Shown piece by piece: positions 52,041 through 64,000 of a stretch of DNA of 64,000 nt. This DNA is from Octopus sinensis (taxonomy: Eukaryota). Under the pieces are notes generated by a model. The model was not told where the DNA came from. It ran no database searches and saw nothing but the letters and a program-made list of their open reading frames with translations. The DNA lies in NCBI RefSeq assembly GCF_006345805.1, contig NW_021832851.1, forward strand, positions 32,825 through 96,824, read 5' to 3'. A program made the translations under genes and the position numbers. How positions within the stretch are numbered: the stretch's first letter is position 1; every line of letters starts with the position of its first letter.

Positions 52041-52952
52041 TGAAAGGGGTAAACGTTTTTTTATTTCTCATTCAATTTCAGAATTACAACTATTAGCGGT
52101 TTGAGTTTGGCTGCTCTTTCTAGTGAGTCGAATGTCCTATTATGGCCATTCCTTGTATTTTTGAATATATATATATATATACATATTCAATTATACATAG
52201 ATATATCAGTGCAATAGACAAACATTTTGAGACACAACAGATTAATATAAATATTTATGTATATATATATATATGGAGAGAGAGATCGCAATAGAGAGAA
52301 AGAGAGAGATAGATAGAGAGATCGGGAGAGAGTGTGAGAGAGAAACATACATATATGTATGTGTGTGTGAGTGCGTGGGTGTCTGTGTGCATTTGTGTGT
52401 ATATGTCTATTTGTGTTTTTCGTGGGTATGTGCATGTATGTCCTGAACTCGGTGCTCACGTATGGAATATTCCTAGCAAAGACACAGGTAATTCTTCAAT
52501 TCAAATTAAAAGCGTAATAGAAAGAGGAACAACTGTTTCTAATGACAATTAAGTATCAGCAGTACAAATGAAAGAATGCGATGCAAATTCATTGAACGTT
52601 AGATGTGGATATAGAGTGGGCATTGACTCTGATGTTTGGTAAGCACAATAAACAACTCCAAACATGTTTCTGTCTTTCTAAACCTCTTCATTTAAGTTAT
52701 GATCTAGAAAAAACACTTCACTGGTTGAGAAAATTAGAATAATTAAATAGACGAACTTCCCAAACATGACTGTGGTGTCGGAAACATACAGACAGATATG
52801 GAGAAATATACAGGATTGATGGAAACTAACTAGGCATTAGAAATTGCTTATAGAATTTTTTATATCACAGAAGTTATGACGAAAACATTTTTTAAAAAGA
52901 AAACACGAAAGGAGATTGTTTATCTCCTCATTCTCTTATTTCTTATTTTCCA

Positions 52953-53660
52953 GATGGCCGGTCGCTTGACTGTCTAGGAGGGAGCTAAGATAGCAACACG
53001 CTATGAAGTGTGGAATTCCATTCTTTTGTTTCAGAGATTGTAGTGTGCATGGGAATTTAAGCATGCAACACTACGTCCAGCGACAGTAAAAAGTTGTCAA
53101 GCAAAGCTGATGACCACGAGCTCAGTGAACAGTGCAAAAAGATGTGGCCATCCAATAACATCCCAATCAGTGGAAAACATGGCCACATTGCAGGAAATTT
53201 TTAATAGCAGACGCAAAAATCAACAGGTCAAGCAACTCGCGAAAGTGGACTCACAAGACACACAATACTTACAGTGTTGACTAAAGAATTGAATTTTCGT
53301 CCGTAGAAAACCCTTTATATTCAGGATCTAAAACCTGAAGAGTGTGATCGCGGAATTTTAGCAGTCCAAGAAGTCCAGATCTTACTCCGAGTGATTTTTA
53401 GCTATGGGGTTGCAAAAAGGTGTACGTGACAAAACCTCGAACACTGGAGGACTTGGAGACACGGATTCAGGAATTTCTCAATGATATCTCAGACGAAGTC
53501 CTTCAGAAAGTTGTTCATTCCATCCCAGGCCGTTTGAGGAAACTTGTTGAAGCCACCGGCGTTTACGTTGGAATATATAGATTTACTTTCAATTTCCCAA
53601 GTCATAAAGAACATGTATCATTTGTTTCAATAAATTTGTAGCAGCAATATAGATTGTATT
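52953..53660 (+). pseudogene. Internally deleted Tc1/mariner-superfamily (Tc3/maT-like) transposase
   Basis: MAGRLTV*EGAKIATRYEVWNS directly after a TTTTCCAG acceptor; RSPDLTP.DF; VYVTKPRTLEDLETRIQE...GRLRKLVEATG. Confidence 0.75.
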
Positions 53661-53889
53661 ATTATAATAATAGATAAATAAATAAATAGAATTAAACAAT
53701 ATTTCTTAAAGAAATAAAATCATGATTCTTCTTATAGAAGAAACTCCGTTAACTAAATTTGAAACTTAAAAAGTAGGATCAGGTGTCTATCTATAATACA
53801 TTTATCATGTTAAAAATCTAAGGTGAAAAAAATAGAGTAAATAGATAGAAAAATGTATTTTATATGTAGGCAATTCATACTTTGACTAC

Positions 53890-54095
53890 ACGGGACTAAA
53901 TATAGAGGGGACAAACAAGGACAGATGGATTAAGTCGATTACATCGATCCTGGTGCGTAACTGGTACTTATTTATTCGACCCCGAAAGGATGAAAGGCAA
54001 AGTCGACCTCTGCGGAATTTGAACTCAGACATAACAGCAGACGAAATACCACTTAGCATTTCGGCCAGCGTGCTAACGATTCTGCCAGCTCACTG
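53890..54095 (-). mobile_element. SINE family A
   Basis: Reverse complement of the family consensus. Confidence 0.85.
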
Positions 54096-54183
54096 CCATA
54101 CCATTTTCATACATAAGCCATTAATCAGACTACGGTCATAGTTCAGAGCACTGGCCCAATGTGCTCCACAATAGTAGAAAATC

Positions 54184-54880
54184 GAGCTTGTTAAACATAC
54201 AGACATGCCTGCGCCTTGCTTCGAAAGCACATGGTTCTGGGTTCAGTCCCACTGCGAGATACCTTGAGGAAGTGTCTTCTACTATAGCCCATGGCCGACC
54301 AAACCATTGAGAGAGGATTTGGTAGACGAAAACTGAAAGAAGCCCGTCGTATCTATGTTTCCCCACCACCATCGGTTGGTGTGTTTACGTGCCCGTTACA
54401 TAGCGGTTCGGCAAAAGAGAGCGATAGAATAAGTTCTAGGATTACAAAGAATAAACTATGGGCTCGATTTGATCGAATAAAGGTGGTGCTCAGGCATGGC
54501 CACAGTCAAATGACTAAAACAAATGAAAGAATAAAAGAAAGGCTTGCTTCCAAACCACATGGTTCCAGGTTCAGTCCCACTGCGTGGCACCTACGACGAG
54601 TGACTTCTAATACAGCCTTGGGACGACCAAAGCCTTGTGGGTTGATTTGGTAGAGGGAAACTGAAAGAGACCCGTCGCATATGTGTGTGTGTGCGTGCGT
54701 GTTTCTTTGAGTATGTGCTTTTCCTCCTATCACACTTCGACAACTGGTGTTGGTGTGTTTACGTCCTCGTATCTTAGCGGTTCAGCGAAAGCAGAACGAT
54801 AGTGTAAACACTTAGCTTAGAAAAGATAATTAATGAGGTCGATTTCTTCAACTAAAACCCTTCAGTGAGGTGCTCCAGTA
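54184..54880 (+). mobile_element. Two tandem SINE family B copies, the first with its 5' 33 nt inverted
   Basis: 54184-54216 is the reverse complement of the family head. The second copy starts at about 54541. Confidence 0.75.
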
Positions 54881-55329
54881 AAAGAATAAAAGAATATATA
54901 TACATATATATATATAATGGATGTAACTATATTTTATGGGAAACATTACCACCAGGAGAGTGCTCTGTTGCTAGAGTGATTTTTTTCTGTGGGGATGTCA
55001 TTGTTATTTCATATTTTGTTTCAGATATGATGTGTTATGCATTTGGCTAAAAGGTTTATTATGCATACATACACATATATATATATATATTTCTTTTTAT
55101 GTTATTTTATACCTATAATATATTTTCTTTTATTTGTTGCATTCCCTGAATGCATACCGTTCTAGCACATGGGCAAATTCAACAGCAATGTTAATATACG
55201 CGTACATGTGTGTATATATATATGTATATTTATGTGTGTACATATATGTATATGTATATTTATATATACATGTATATATGTGTCTGTATATATATACATA
55301 TGTATATATATGTATACATATATCTGTAT

Positions 55330-55361
<32 letters not shown>

Positions 55362-55403
55362 CATTTGTGCATATATATATATTATACATTTATACATTTG
55401 TGC

Positions 55404-55448
<45 letters not shown>

Positions 55449-55466
55449 GTAGCGAGAGAAGTGGAG

Positions 55467-55638
<172 letters not shown>

Positions 55639-56123
55639 GCGTACATACATACTTACATGCATCCATAGCCAAATGCATACATAAATACATACATGCATAC
55701 ATACATATAGGTAAGTTTAATATGCATGTGTGTGCATTTGTTTGTTTGCTTGTGTGTATATGCACAAATTTGCTCTCCTTCGACCGAATGTCACTTTTCC
55801 TCTCTCTCATTCTCTCTAAGAAATTATTTGATTGTATTTGTTTGAAAATGCAACTCAACCAAAATTTCCTTATATAGAATGGGAATAAGGATAACTCCGC
55901 CCTTAGTTTCTGTAAGGCTTCACTCATGTTCTTGAAACAAAGAAAAGACGAAATAAATCAACTTCGGGATTCGCCTGAAAGATATTGTCAGATAGAAACA
56001 TCACTGCAATGCCTCCGAAAATAGACCCCAGCCAAGTTACTATGGACCATACACACACACTTATATACATTCAAACACTCATACACAGACACTCACACAA
56101 ACACACACATATATATATGTATA

Positions 56124-56180
<57 letters not shown>

Positions 56181-56186
56181 TGCATG

Positions 56187-56230
<44 letters not shown>

Positions 56231-57217
56231 TACATACATGCATTTATATATACATGCATAAACACATACGCACACACATACATTCATACACATACTAGGT
56301 GTTCATAGACTACCTATACCATTTGTAAAAACTCTCTGGGAAAATGGAACATAATAGTAACTCAGCAAATTTTATTGGAAAACATAGGCAAACAGAGTCT
56401 TGTTACAAGCCTGAGAACGATTCCATGGAGGGACCGTTTGTTGCAAGCGATTAATGAGATCCGCCATTTGTGGTAATTTTAATGACAATTTATGGACGTT
56501 TTGTACACTATTTTATATTACTAGTTGGTCAGTCGTCCTTTCGGCCGAACGACATTTTCACTGAATTCTCATGCGACCTGAAAGTGTGAACCACGCAAAT
56601 ATCTAACCTTAAAATATTTGCCATGAAGATGCAATGCAACGGTATCAAAATTCAGCAATGTCTGCAGAGTTCTTTTGACTGTTCATCCCTTAAACAATAT
56701 TTTGCTCTCAACGAGCAGCTGTAGACACGAATCTCTGTTAGTAAAATAGATCCAACATACGACAAGACCACTGGATTAGGGAGCAAATTTTATATACAGA
56801 TATATGTAAGTATTGCTTATGGCCACTTTAATATGGCTATCCTCTAAGCGACAACCATTTAATCGTAGAACGACGTCTCCTGCAGCAGCTTTATTCAGTG
56901 CGCTTCTTGCACTCGTATTTAGTACAAGCGGGAGATAACTCCTGTCACAATTGCTACAAGACCACCAAACCACGTGGTTTTGAGGTATATTGGATCTCCT
57001 CTATAGTGGGAAATCGTTGCCAGGCAGTGAAGCAGTTTATCTTCCTTGTAGTTTACAGAAAATACAGTGTCATACAATCACTGATTTTTAATGGCAGTGT
57101 CGTCGTTTCTTAGAGGACAGCCACATGAAAGTACTCATTACCAATACTATTTGGTCCATATACTGCTTCGATCTCAAGCAGAGATTTTCTAACCGACTAG
57201 TTTCCTATATATTCTAT

Positions 57218-57414
57218 TATTCTTTTATTTTGTTTCAGTCATTTGACTGCGGCCATGCTGGAGCACCACCTTTAGTCAAACAAATCTACCCAGGACTTAT
57301 TCTTTGTAAGCCTAGTACTTATTCTATCCGTCTTTTTTGCCGAACCACTAAGTTTCGGGGACATAAACACACCAGCATCGGTTGTCAAGTGATGTTGGGG
57401 AGATAGACGCACAC

Positions 57415-57474
<60 letters not shown>

Positions 57475-57665
57475 ACACATATATATATATATATACATAT
57501 ATAGGACGGGCTTCTTTCAGTTTCCGTCTACTAAATCCACTTACAAGGCTTTGGTTGGCCCGAGTCTATAGCAGAAGACACTTGCCCAAGGTGCCACGCA
57601 GTGGGACTAAACCCGGAACCATGTAGTTCGTAAGCAAGCTACTTACCACACAGCCACTCCTACGC
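57218..57665 (-). mobile_element. SINE family B, full length
   Basis: Reverse-complement head, (CA)n centre and tail. Confidence 0.88.
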
Positions 57666-57751
57666 CACATACATAAATGCATAAAGTTGGATAATAGACA
57701 GACAGAAGCACACAGATAGACACACAGACACACAGACATACAGACAGACAT

Positions 57752-57782
<31 letters not shown>

Positions 57783-58249
57783 TTGATAGGAATTATACAA
57801 TACAACTTACCAATTGAAACCATTGATATAAATGTTCTTTCTCTTTTCATGGACTTAAAAACGTATGTTCGCAAACACGAACAAAGAGAGGACGATAGAA
57901 AGGGAAGCAGAAAGTTACACTATATCCAGTAGTTGTTATTTCAAGTTAGTTTTGACCTGGAATGAAAATATTTTCTCGATGCCATAATGACCAGAGAAGA
58001 AAGCGTTTGAAATAAAATAAGTTCGAATCGGATTGCCCAACCCAAAACAGCTGTGCGAAAATGCGTCATATACCCGTGGAATAGATGTAAATAAACTTGA
58101 CAATAGAGACAATAGATGGGGGGACACAACAACACTGATGCGTGAAGCCAGTGTTTCTCATAGGTAAAGGCGAACTTGTCGGGATTTAAAGGACAGTGAA
58201 CAAATGGTCCTGTTTAATGAAATTAAAATGGTTTATACACAGGTGGTCA

Positions 58250-58710
58250 TCTGGCAGAAACGTTAACGCGTCAGGCGAAATACTTAGCAGTATTTCGTCT
58301 ATCTTTACGTTTTGAGTTCAAATTCCGCCGAGGTCGACTTTGCCTTTCATCCTTACAAGGTCGATAAATTAAGTTCCAGTTACGCACTGGGGTCGATGAA
58401 ATCGACTTAATACCTTTATATGTTCTTGTTTGACCCCTTTGTGTTTAGCCATTTGCGGGTAGTAAAGCAATAGGTATTTCGTCTGCCGCTACGTTCTGAG
58501 TTCAAATTCCGCCGAGGTCGACTTTGCCTTTCATCCTTTCGGGGTCGATGAATTAAGTACCAGTTACGCACTGGGGTCGATATAGTAGACTTAATCTATT
58601 TGTCTGTCCTTGTTTGTCCCCTCTCTGTGTAGCCACGTATGGGCAGTAAATAAATAGGTATTTCGTCTATCTTTATGTTTTGAGTTCAAATTTCGCCGAG
58701 GTCGACTTTC
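58250..58710 (+). mobile_element. SINE family A with three tandem modules
   Basis: GAGTTCAAATT(C/T)CGCCGAGGTCGACTTT occurs three times. Confidence 0.88.
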
Positions 58711-58784
58711 TAACTTCTGATACTGGTACAATGCATAACATAGAACAGGCTTTACTCTTAATGTTTTTATAAGCGTCGGAGTGG

Positions 58785-58935
58785 GTGCGTGATAAGTAGC
58801 TTGCTTACGATCTACATGGTGCCGAGTTCAGTCCCACTGCATGGCACCTTGGGCAAGTGTCTTCTACTATAGCATCGGGCCAACCAAAGCCTTGTAAGTG
58901 AATTTGGTAGACGTAAGCTGAAAGAAGCCCGTTGT
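58785..58935 (+). mobile_element. SINE family B 5' half
   Basis: Family motifs present. Confidence 0.8.
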
Positions 58936-59070
58936 ATGTATATATATATATATATAGTGGTAACAGAAAAGAGGAATTTCGGTTGTCCCCACGTGGTGCA
59001 TTGTAATGTATATAAGAAATTAAAATAGGAAAATACGGACACTTAGATTGTTATAGTATAATTTTTAATG

Positions 59071-59104
59071 TATCGACCGGTTTCGCAATCGCTATTCATG
59101 ATAT
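59071..59104 (-). ncRNA. Minimal hammerhead motif with a 3-nt core deletion
   Basis: Minus strand TATC-[CTG missing]ATGA-ATA-GC-GATT-GC-GAAAC-CG-GTC-GATA: palindromic ACCGGT, GUC triplet, stem I TATC/GATA. Confidence 0.55.
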
Positions 59105-59214
59105 AATGTTTAATTTATATGAAAATATATTTTTTCTTAAGAAGAAATATGGTCCATGTTGTTTGTAATGAAATTCACGAGTGAAATATATATATATGTA
59201 TATGTGTGTATATG

Positions 59215-59430
59215 TTTGTGTGTCTATGTTTGTCCGCCCAACATCGCTTGACAACCGATGCTGGTGTGTTTATGTCCCCCGTAACTTCGCCGTTCGGCAA
59301 AAGACCTCTATAGAATAAGTAGTAGGCTTACAAGAATAAGTCCTGGGGTTGATGTGCTCGAATAAAGGCGGTGCTCCAGCATGGCTACAGTCAAATGACT
59401 GAAACAAGTAAAAGAGTAAAAGACTAAAAG
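59215..59430 (+). mobile_element. SINE family B 3' half
   Basis: CAACATCGCTTGACAACCGATG...CAGTCAAATGACTGAAACAAGTAAAAGAG. Confidence 0.85.
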
Positions 59431-59797
59431 AGGCATTATTTCCAGAAGTTATTAGAGTCCAGAAAGAAGAATTTCAGGATACGAACACTAGTTTCTTCGT
59501 TATAGCAAATTATACATCATACTTAAATCAAAGAGATCGTTGGACGCCTAATTAACTGCAAAATTCGTCCTGAGACAGTATGTCTTCTAGACATGCAATC
59601 CGCCGAAGCTGGACGCCTTTTGTCTCCTACTGATGTACTTTTGTTTTTTAACAATTTACGTCTATATGAGTTACTATCTTACGAGGAAACTACAGTTGAT
59701 TCGGCTTTCAATGATGTATTTGCTGTAAGTACGACACACAGATTGTAATTTTTAATTGATATTGCTTCAGTCGCACGTAATGAACTTTCAACAATAC

Positions 59798-59902
59798 CTT
59801 TTCAATGAGTAATGAGGAGGGGTATTCGTCACCTTCAGAACTGCTGCTTTCAGCCATTTGCTGAAGCTGGGGAAGGTTTAGCGTCGGCAGACGATTTATT
59901 AG
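59798..59902 (-). CDS. Candidate host-gene exon (105 nt, phase 0/0), product unknown
   Basis: Acceptor TTTTCTTACAG| and donor AAG|GTATTG; open frame LINRLPTLNLPQLQQMAESSSSEGDEYPSSLLIEK in non-repetitive sequence. Confidence 0.4.
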
Positions 59903-60571
59903 CTGTAAGAAAAACATCGGTAATCACATTGTGTTGTTAGTGTTTAGTGTCTGATTAAATATGACGATCGAGCAGTCATATGATACAGTAACACTGAGGT
60001 TTGTCAGGAAGCCTTGGATTCATAACGTTGCAGTTTATTTACTCCACTTTTCATGAAGAAAAAGTGACTAAGATTACAATACTACAATCTGGACAGGTCA
60101 CCAGTCAAATACAGGGTTAGTTATCGCTGGAGTCCATTCAAAATGGAGTGGACTGCAGCAAGACACAATGTAGGGTTTTTTTTTTTTTTACCTGAAAAAC
60201 ACAACGCATTACCTGTCCTCAGATTTGAAACTATGAAAATTATGACCGTGTATGCAACACCTTCACTACTAGCCTATGTCATTAACTATGAAAGAAAGAA
60301 GTTTCCACACCTTTAAATTGCTGTTCGTTTACGAGTGCATGTCCATTTCCATTTCTCTGACGATAACATGTGATATTGAGAAAGATTTGGTTACTATTTC
60401 TAGCTACTGAGGAGTCACGGCCAAGATTCCACATTGGTTAGCTATTTTCTACCTTGACTGTCAATGAATATGCGTGAGTTAGTATGTAACTGTCTACCAG
60501 TCTATTTGTATATGTATGTGCGTTTATATATATACATATACATATATGTGTGTGTACATATAAATATACGA

Positions 60572-60624
<53 letters not shown>

Positions 60625-60721
60625 CATATACATATATATATATAAATTATATATATATATATATATATATAGGTGAATTGAGGAAATGGAGCTGAAACGC
60701 AGATTGAACAGAAATCGTTTA

Positions 60722-60818
60722 TTTCATTCTACACGTGTTTCGAAAGGCACAAATTACCAAAATCAAAATCCGATTGAATAATGGGACCATATTGGTGTCT
60801 TTCTCTTCAGAGAAGAAA
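60722..60818 (-). ncRNA. Mirror hammerhead copy in the left arm
   Basis: Reverse complements of CTGAAGA (60804-60810) and GAAAC (60737-60741); stem II GAAAG.CAC/GTG.CTTTC; one extra base in stem I. Confidence 0.65.
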
Positions 60819-61064
60819 AAAGGAAATCGTTAGAGAACAAAAACAGAACAGAGGCTGAGCAAAAACCAATCGAACTATGCTCCTAAGAGCCCATGGCGAA
60901 ACTGTTTATCAGTGTATGCTGAGAACCGGTGGCTGAAGAATTCTACAGCCACGGTTCTCAGCATACACTGATAAACAGTTTCGCCATGGGCTCTTAGGAG
61001 CATAGTTCGATTTGTTTTTGCTCCGCCTCTGTTTCTGTTTTTGTTTCTCTAACGGATTTCCTTT

Positions 61065-61149
61065 TTTCTTCCTGAAGAGAAGACACAATATGGTCCCATT
61101 ATTCAATCGATTTTGGTATTGTGCCTTTCGAAACACGTGTAGAATGAAA
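61065..61149 (+). ncRNA. Type I hammerhead ribozyme (GUA site after 61141)
   Basis: Stem I TTTC-TTC/GAA-T-GAAA; core CTGAAGA (61072-61078); stem II G..CACAAT/ATTGTG..C; GAAAC (61130-61134); palindromic helix III ACACGTGT. Confidence 0.75.
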
Positions 61150-61479
61150 TAAAACGATTTCTGTTCAATCTGCGTTCAGCTCCATTTCCTCAATTCACCA
61201 TAATGTTTTAATTTCAATTATCCGCACCAACGCACGGTTGCAACGCCAGATGTTGTACCTCCAACCGTGCTGTTTACTGCTGTGATTTTTGCTACTAAGG
61301 TATCGGTTACTTTTGATTAATCTACAACAAGATTATTCATCTTTCTATTTCACATAATATATATATATATATATATATATATCTACACACACACACTAAC
61401 ATACACATATATGTAATATGTGTGTGTGTGTATATATATATATGAGAGAGAGAGATAGATAGATATATGTATGTATGTA

Positions 61480-61518
<39 letters not shown>

Positions 61519-61959
61519 TGTATGCATAATTGTACACACAGACACGCACGCATACATACACATGCAGACACATTCATAGCTATAAGATATAAGCGGTACC
61601 AATGAAATATCATTTTCATAGATTTGTGACTCAACAAGTTGACAGCATCTCACGCAAAGTGTATTATTCTCGGTATTATCGCCATTGTTCTTACCGTTGC
61701 TTTTCTTGTTACCGTGGTCGTCGGCGTGATTGTCGTTGTTGTTGTTGTTGCTGTTGTTATAACCTTACTTCAGGTCTGATCAAGCAGATTTATGATCAAA
61801 ATGAAATTCACCCATCCTATCCTAATCATTCCAGTATACGTTTAAACATTGGATGTTACGTACTTACGATATATTGCAGAATATGATTCATTTCTATTAA
61901 GAAGATAAGGAGCGACTTCGGGAAGATTTGGCTATTGATTCTAGTGGGTGGCCAGCAAG

Positions 61960-62509
61960 ACAAGGTAGTGAGTTCACCTTTGGATGGAGTCTTCTTCCTG
62001 GGTCCATCATTATGAGGCAGGATCCAAAAGAAAGAGTATTGAGTGGAAACATCATGGCTCGCCAACGACGGAGAAATTCAAGATTCAGTTTTTCACGGGG
62101 AAGATGATGCTAACTCTTTTTATGCGACTCAAAAGGGGCTTAAACTGGAAGATCACCTTGAAAAGGGGCCTACGATCAACAGTGCAAGATACATTGCTTT
62201 GCTGCCCAACAAACTGAAGCCAGTAATTCGCACTAAACGCCGAAGTAAGTTTGTTGTTGCATGACAATGCACGCCCACACGTGGCCGCCCAGACCGTTGA
62301 AATCATTAACCAATTGAATTTTGAGGTGCTGAAATACTCTGTTTACAGCCCAGATCTCGCCCCTTCCTACTATCATATCTTTGGACCGCTCAGTGATGTT
62401 TTACGAGATCGTCGATTTCCTACGGCTGAAGAAAAATGACGTGCTTTATCCCCCGCCTTTGTGTAAATACATTAAACAAATCAAAAGTATAATTTTTCAC
62501 TCACCCTCG
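61960..62509 (+). mobile_element. Mariner remnant with right TIR
   Basis: SWVHHYE, LLHDNARPH, YSPDLAPSYYHIF; TIR ending CTCACCCTCG then TA, the same end as 20669. Confidence 0.88.
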
Positions 62510-63352
62510 TATATATCTCGGTATTTCATAATTTCCTGGATAATGAATTCAGATTAGCATTATTTCTGATTTATACGTTTAATTCAACAGAGCACAATTT
62601 GAGGTAGATCTAACTGCTATTTTGAAAAAGTGGAGATGTCTCGAGCCACCCTATTTTACTCATGAAACACGAAAACAAAAATTGCTCCAGCTGGGGAAAT
62701 ATATTCACCGTAGAAAGCATCAATAAAAACATTATTTATCTCTTCTGCATCTGCTACTAATTGTATACTTTGAAATAGTTATCTATTGTATTATTTATTG
62801 TAAATTACAATGCACTATTATGATGATATCTATTATACAACGTTCATTGTATGGTGAGAGTGAGAGAACTTATATTATGAAAAAATAATAAACTATTATC
62901 TTATTTCAGATGATACGTTATTAAATTTTCAGCAATATTAGACGGAGTTTAAAGCTTTCAAGTATGAAACAAGTGATTACTAATGAATATAAAAAAATAA
63001 GGACACAGCTATATGAATTAATTACATAACACTATCGAAAATATAATGGATAAATATTTGGAATAATCAGAAATAGTTCCACATAAATACACACTTATAT
63101 ACGCCCAAACATACTAACATATATTTGTTACATGTGTGTATGAATGTGTGCCTGTGTTTCTGTGTTTGTGTGTGTGTGTCTGTGTGTGTCTGTATCCCTG
63201 TGTGTCTGTGTGTGTGTGTGTGTTTGCGTGTATGTGTGCACATCAACAAGTAGTTCTAATATTTATTCACTGAAAGCAAATTTTAAAATGCAACAATAAT
63301 TGATCTTTCTCTCTCCCCTCCTCCTCCAGCCATACATACGCTTGAGTGCATA

Positions 63353-63395
<43 letters not shown>

Positions 63396-63409
63396 TATGC
63401 ATATGTGTG

Positions 63410-63872
63410 CGCGGCGCAAGACTGGTTGTATGGTAAGTAGCTTGCTTACCAACAACATGGTTCCGGGTTCAGTCCTACTACGTGGTACCTTGGGCAAGTG
63501 TCTTCTACTATAATCTCGGGCCGACTAAAGCCTTGTGAGAGGATTTGGTAGATAGAAACTGAAAGAAGCCCGTCGTATATATGTATATATATATATATAT
63601 AATATATATATATATGTGTGTGTGGTGTGTGTGGTGTGTGTGTGTGTGTGTGTGTGGTGTGTGGTGTGTGTGTGTATTTTGGTGTCTGTGTTTGTCCCCC
63701 AACATCGCTTGACAACCGATGATGGTTTGTTTACGTTCCCGAACTTAGCGGCTCGGTATAAGAAACCGATAGAAAAGTCTACACTTCCAAAGTATAAGTC
63801 CCGGGGTCGACTTGCTCGACTAAAGGCGGTGCTCCAGCATGGCCACAGTTAAATAACTGAAACAAGTAAAAT
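63410..63872 (+). mobile_element. SINE family B, full length
   Basis: Head, (TA)/(TG)n centre and tail. Confidence 0.88.
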
Positions 63873-63893
63873 AATATATATATGTAGGTGTAT

Positions 63894-63939
<46 letters not shown>

Positions 63940-64000
63940 ATATCCACAATTTAGACTCATTACTGCAACATCTTAATGACTTCTCCACGCCAATAAATTA

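Larger units (their letters stand above)
50817..52170. mobile_element. Fold-back and tandem rearranged HHR-bearing non-coding element
   Basis: 50817-51299 is the near-perfect reverse complement of 51340-51811. Third partial copies lie at 51812-52170. TA repeats on both flanks. Confidence 0.9.
60672..61199. mobile_element. 528-bp fold-back palindrome with an HHR in each arm
   Basis: Arms of ~265 bp centred on GAATTC (60938-60943); differences are mostly single-base indels; it follows (TA)n. Confidence 0.92.

Noticed and set aside
60672-61199. Palindromes as pure missed-adapter long-read artefacts
   Set aside because: Not favoured: the arms stop at element-like boundaries, the flanks are not mirrored and the same HHR geometry recurs in unrelated families. 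Raw reads are still needed to exclude this.

Overview
Repeat-dominated, AT-rich eukaryotic DNA with no multi-exon host gene that I can assemble. The repeat landscape suggests a coleoid cephalopod, probably Octopus (inference): long (TA)n, (TAGA)n, (TATG)n and (TAA)n microsatellites, three recurrent tRNA-headed SINE types and Dong/R4-type LINEs. Transposons seen: one apparently full-length but frameshifted R4/Dong-type retrotransposon (40275-43925, minus) plus R4 fragments; a complete Chapaev3-type DNA transposon with TIRs and TAA TSD (27018-29363); several mariner/Tc1/pogo remnants; a non-autonomous Helitron; and a 35-bp minisatellite. The most notable signal is a set of type I hammerhead-ribozyme (HHR) motifs with palindromic helix III, in several unrelated sequence contexts. 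Two look structurally complete (51246-51340 and 61065-61149). Both sit in long fold-back palindromes next to (TA)n tracts (50817-51811 and 60672-61199). About ten degenerate copies follow the same geometry. This fits non-autonomous Penelope-like or retrozyme-type elements that target TA microsatellites and fold back on insertion; one copy is fused to a tRNA-type head. Most ORFs in the supplied track are microsatellite artefacts. All folds and alignments were done by eye, and the boundaries of decayed repeats are approximate.
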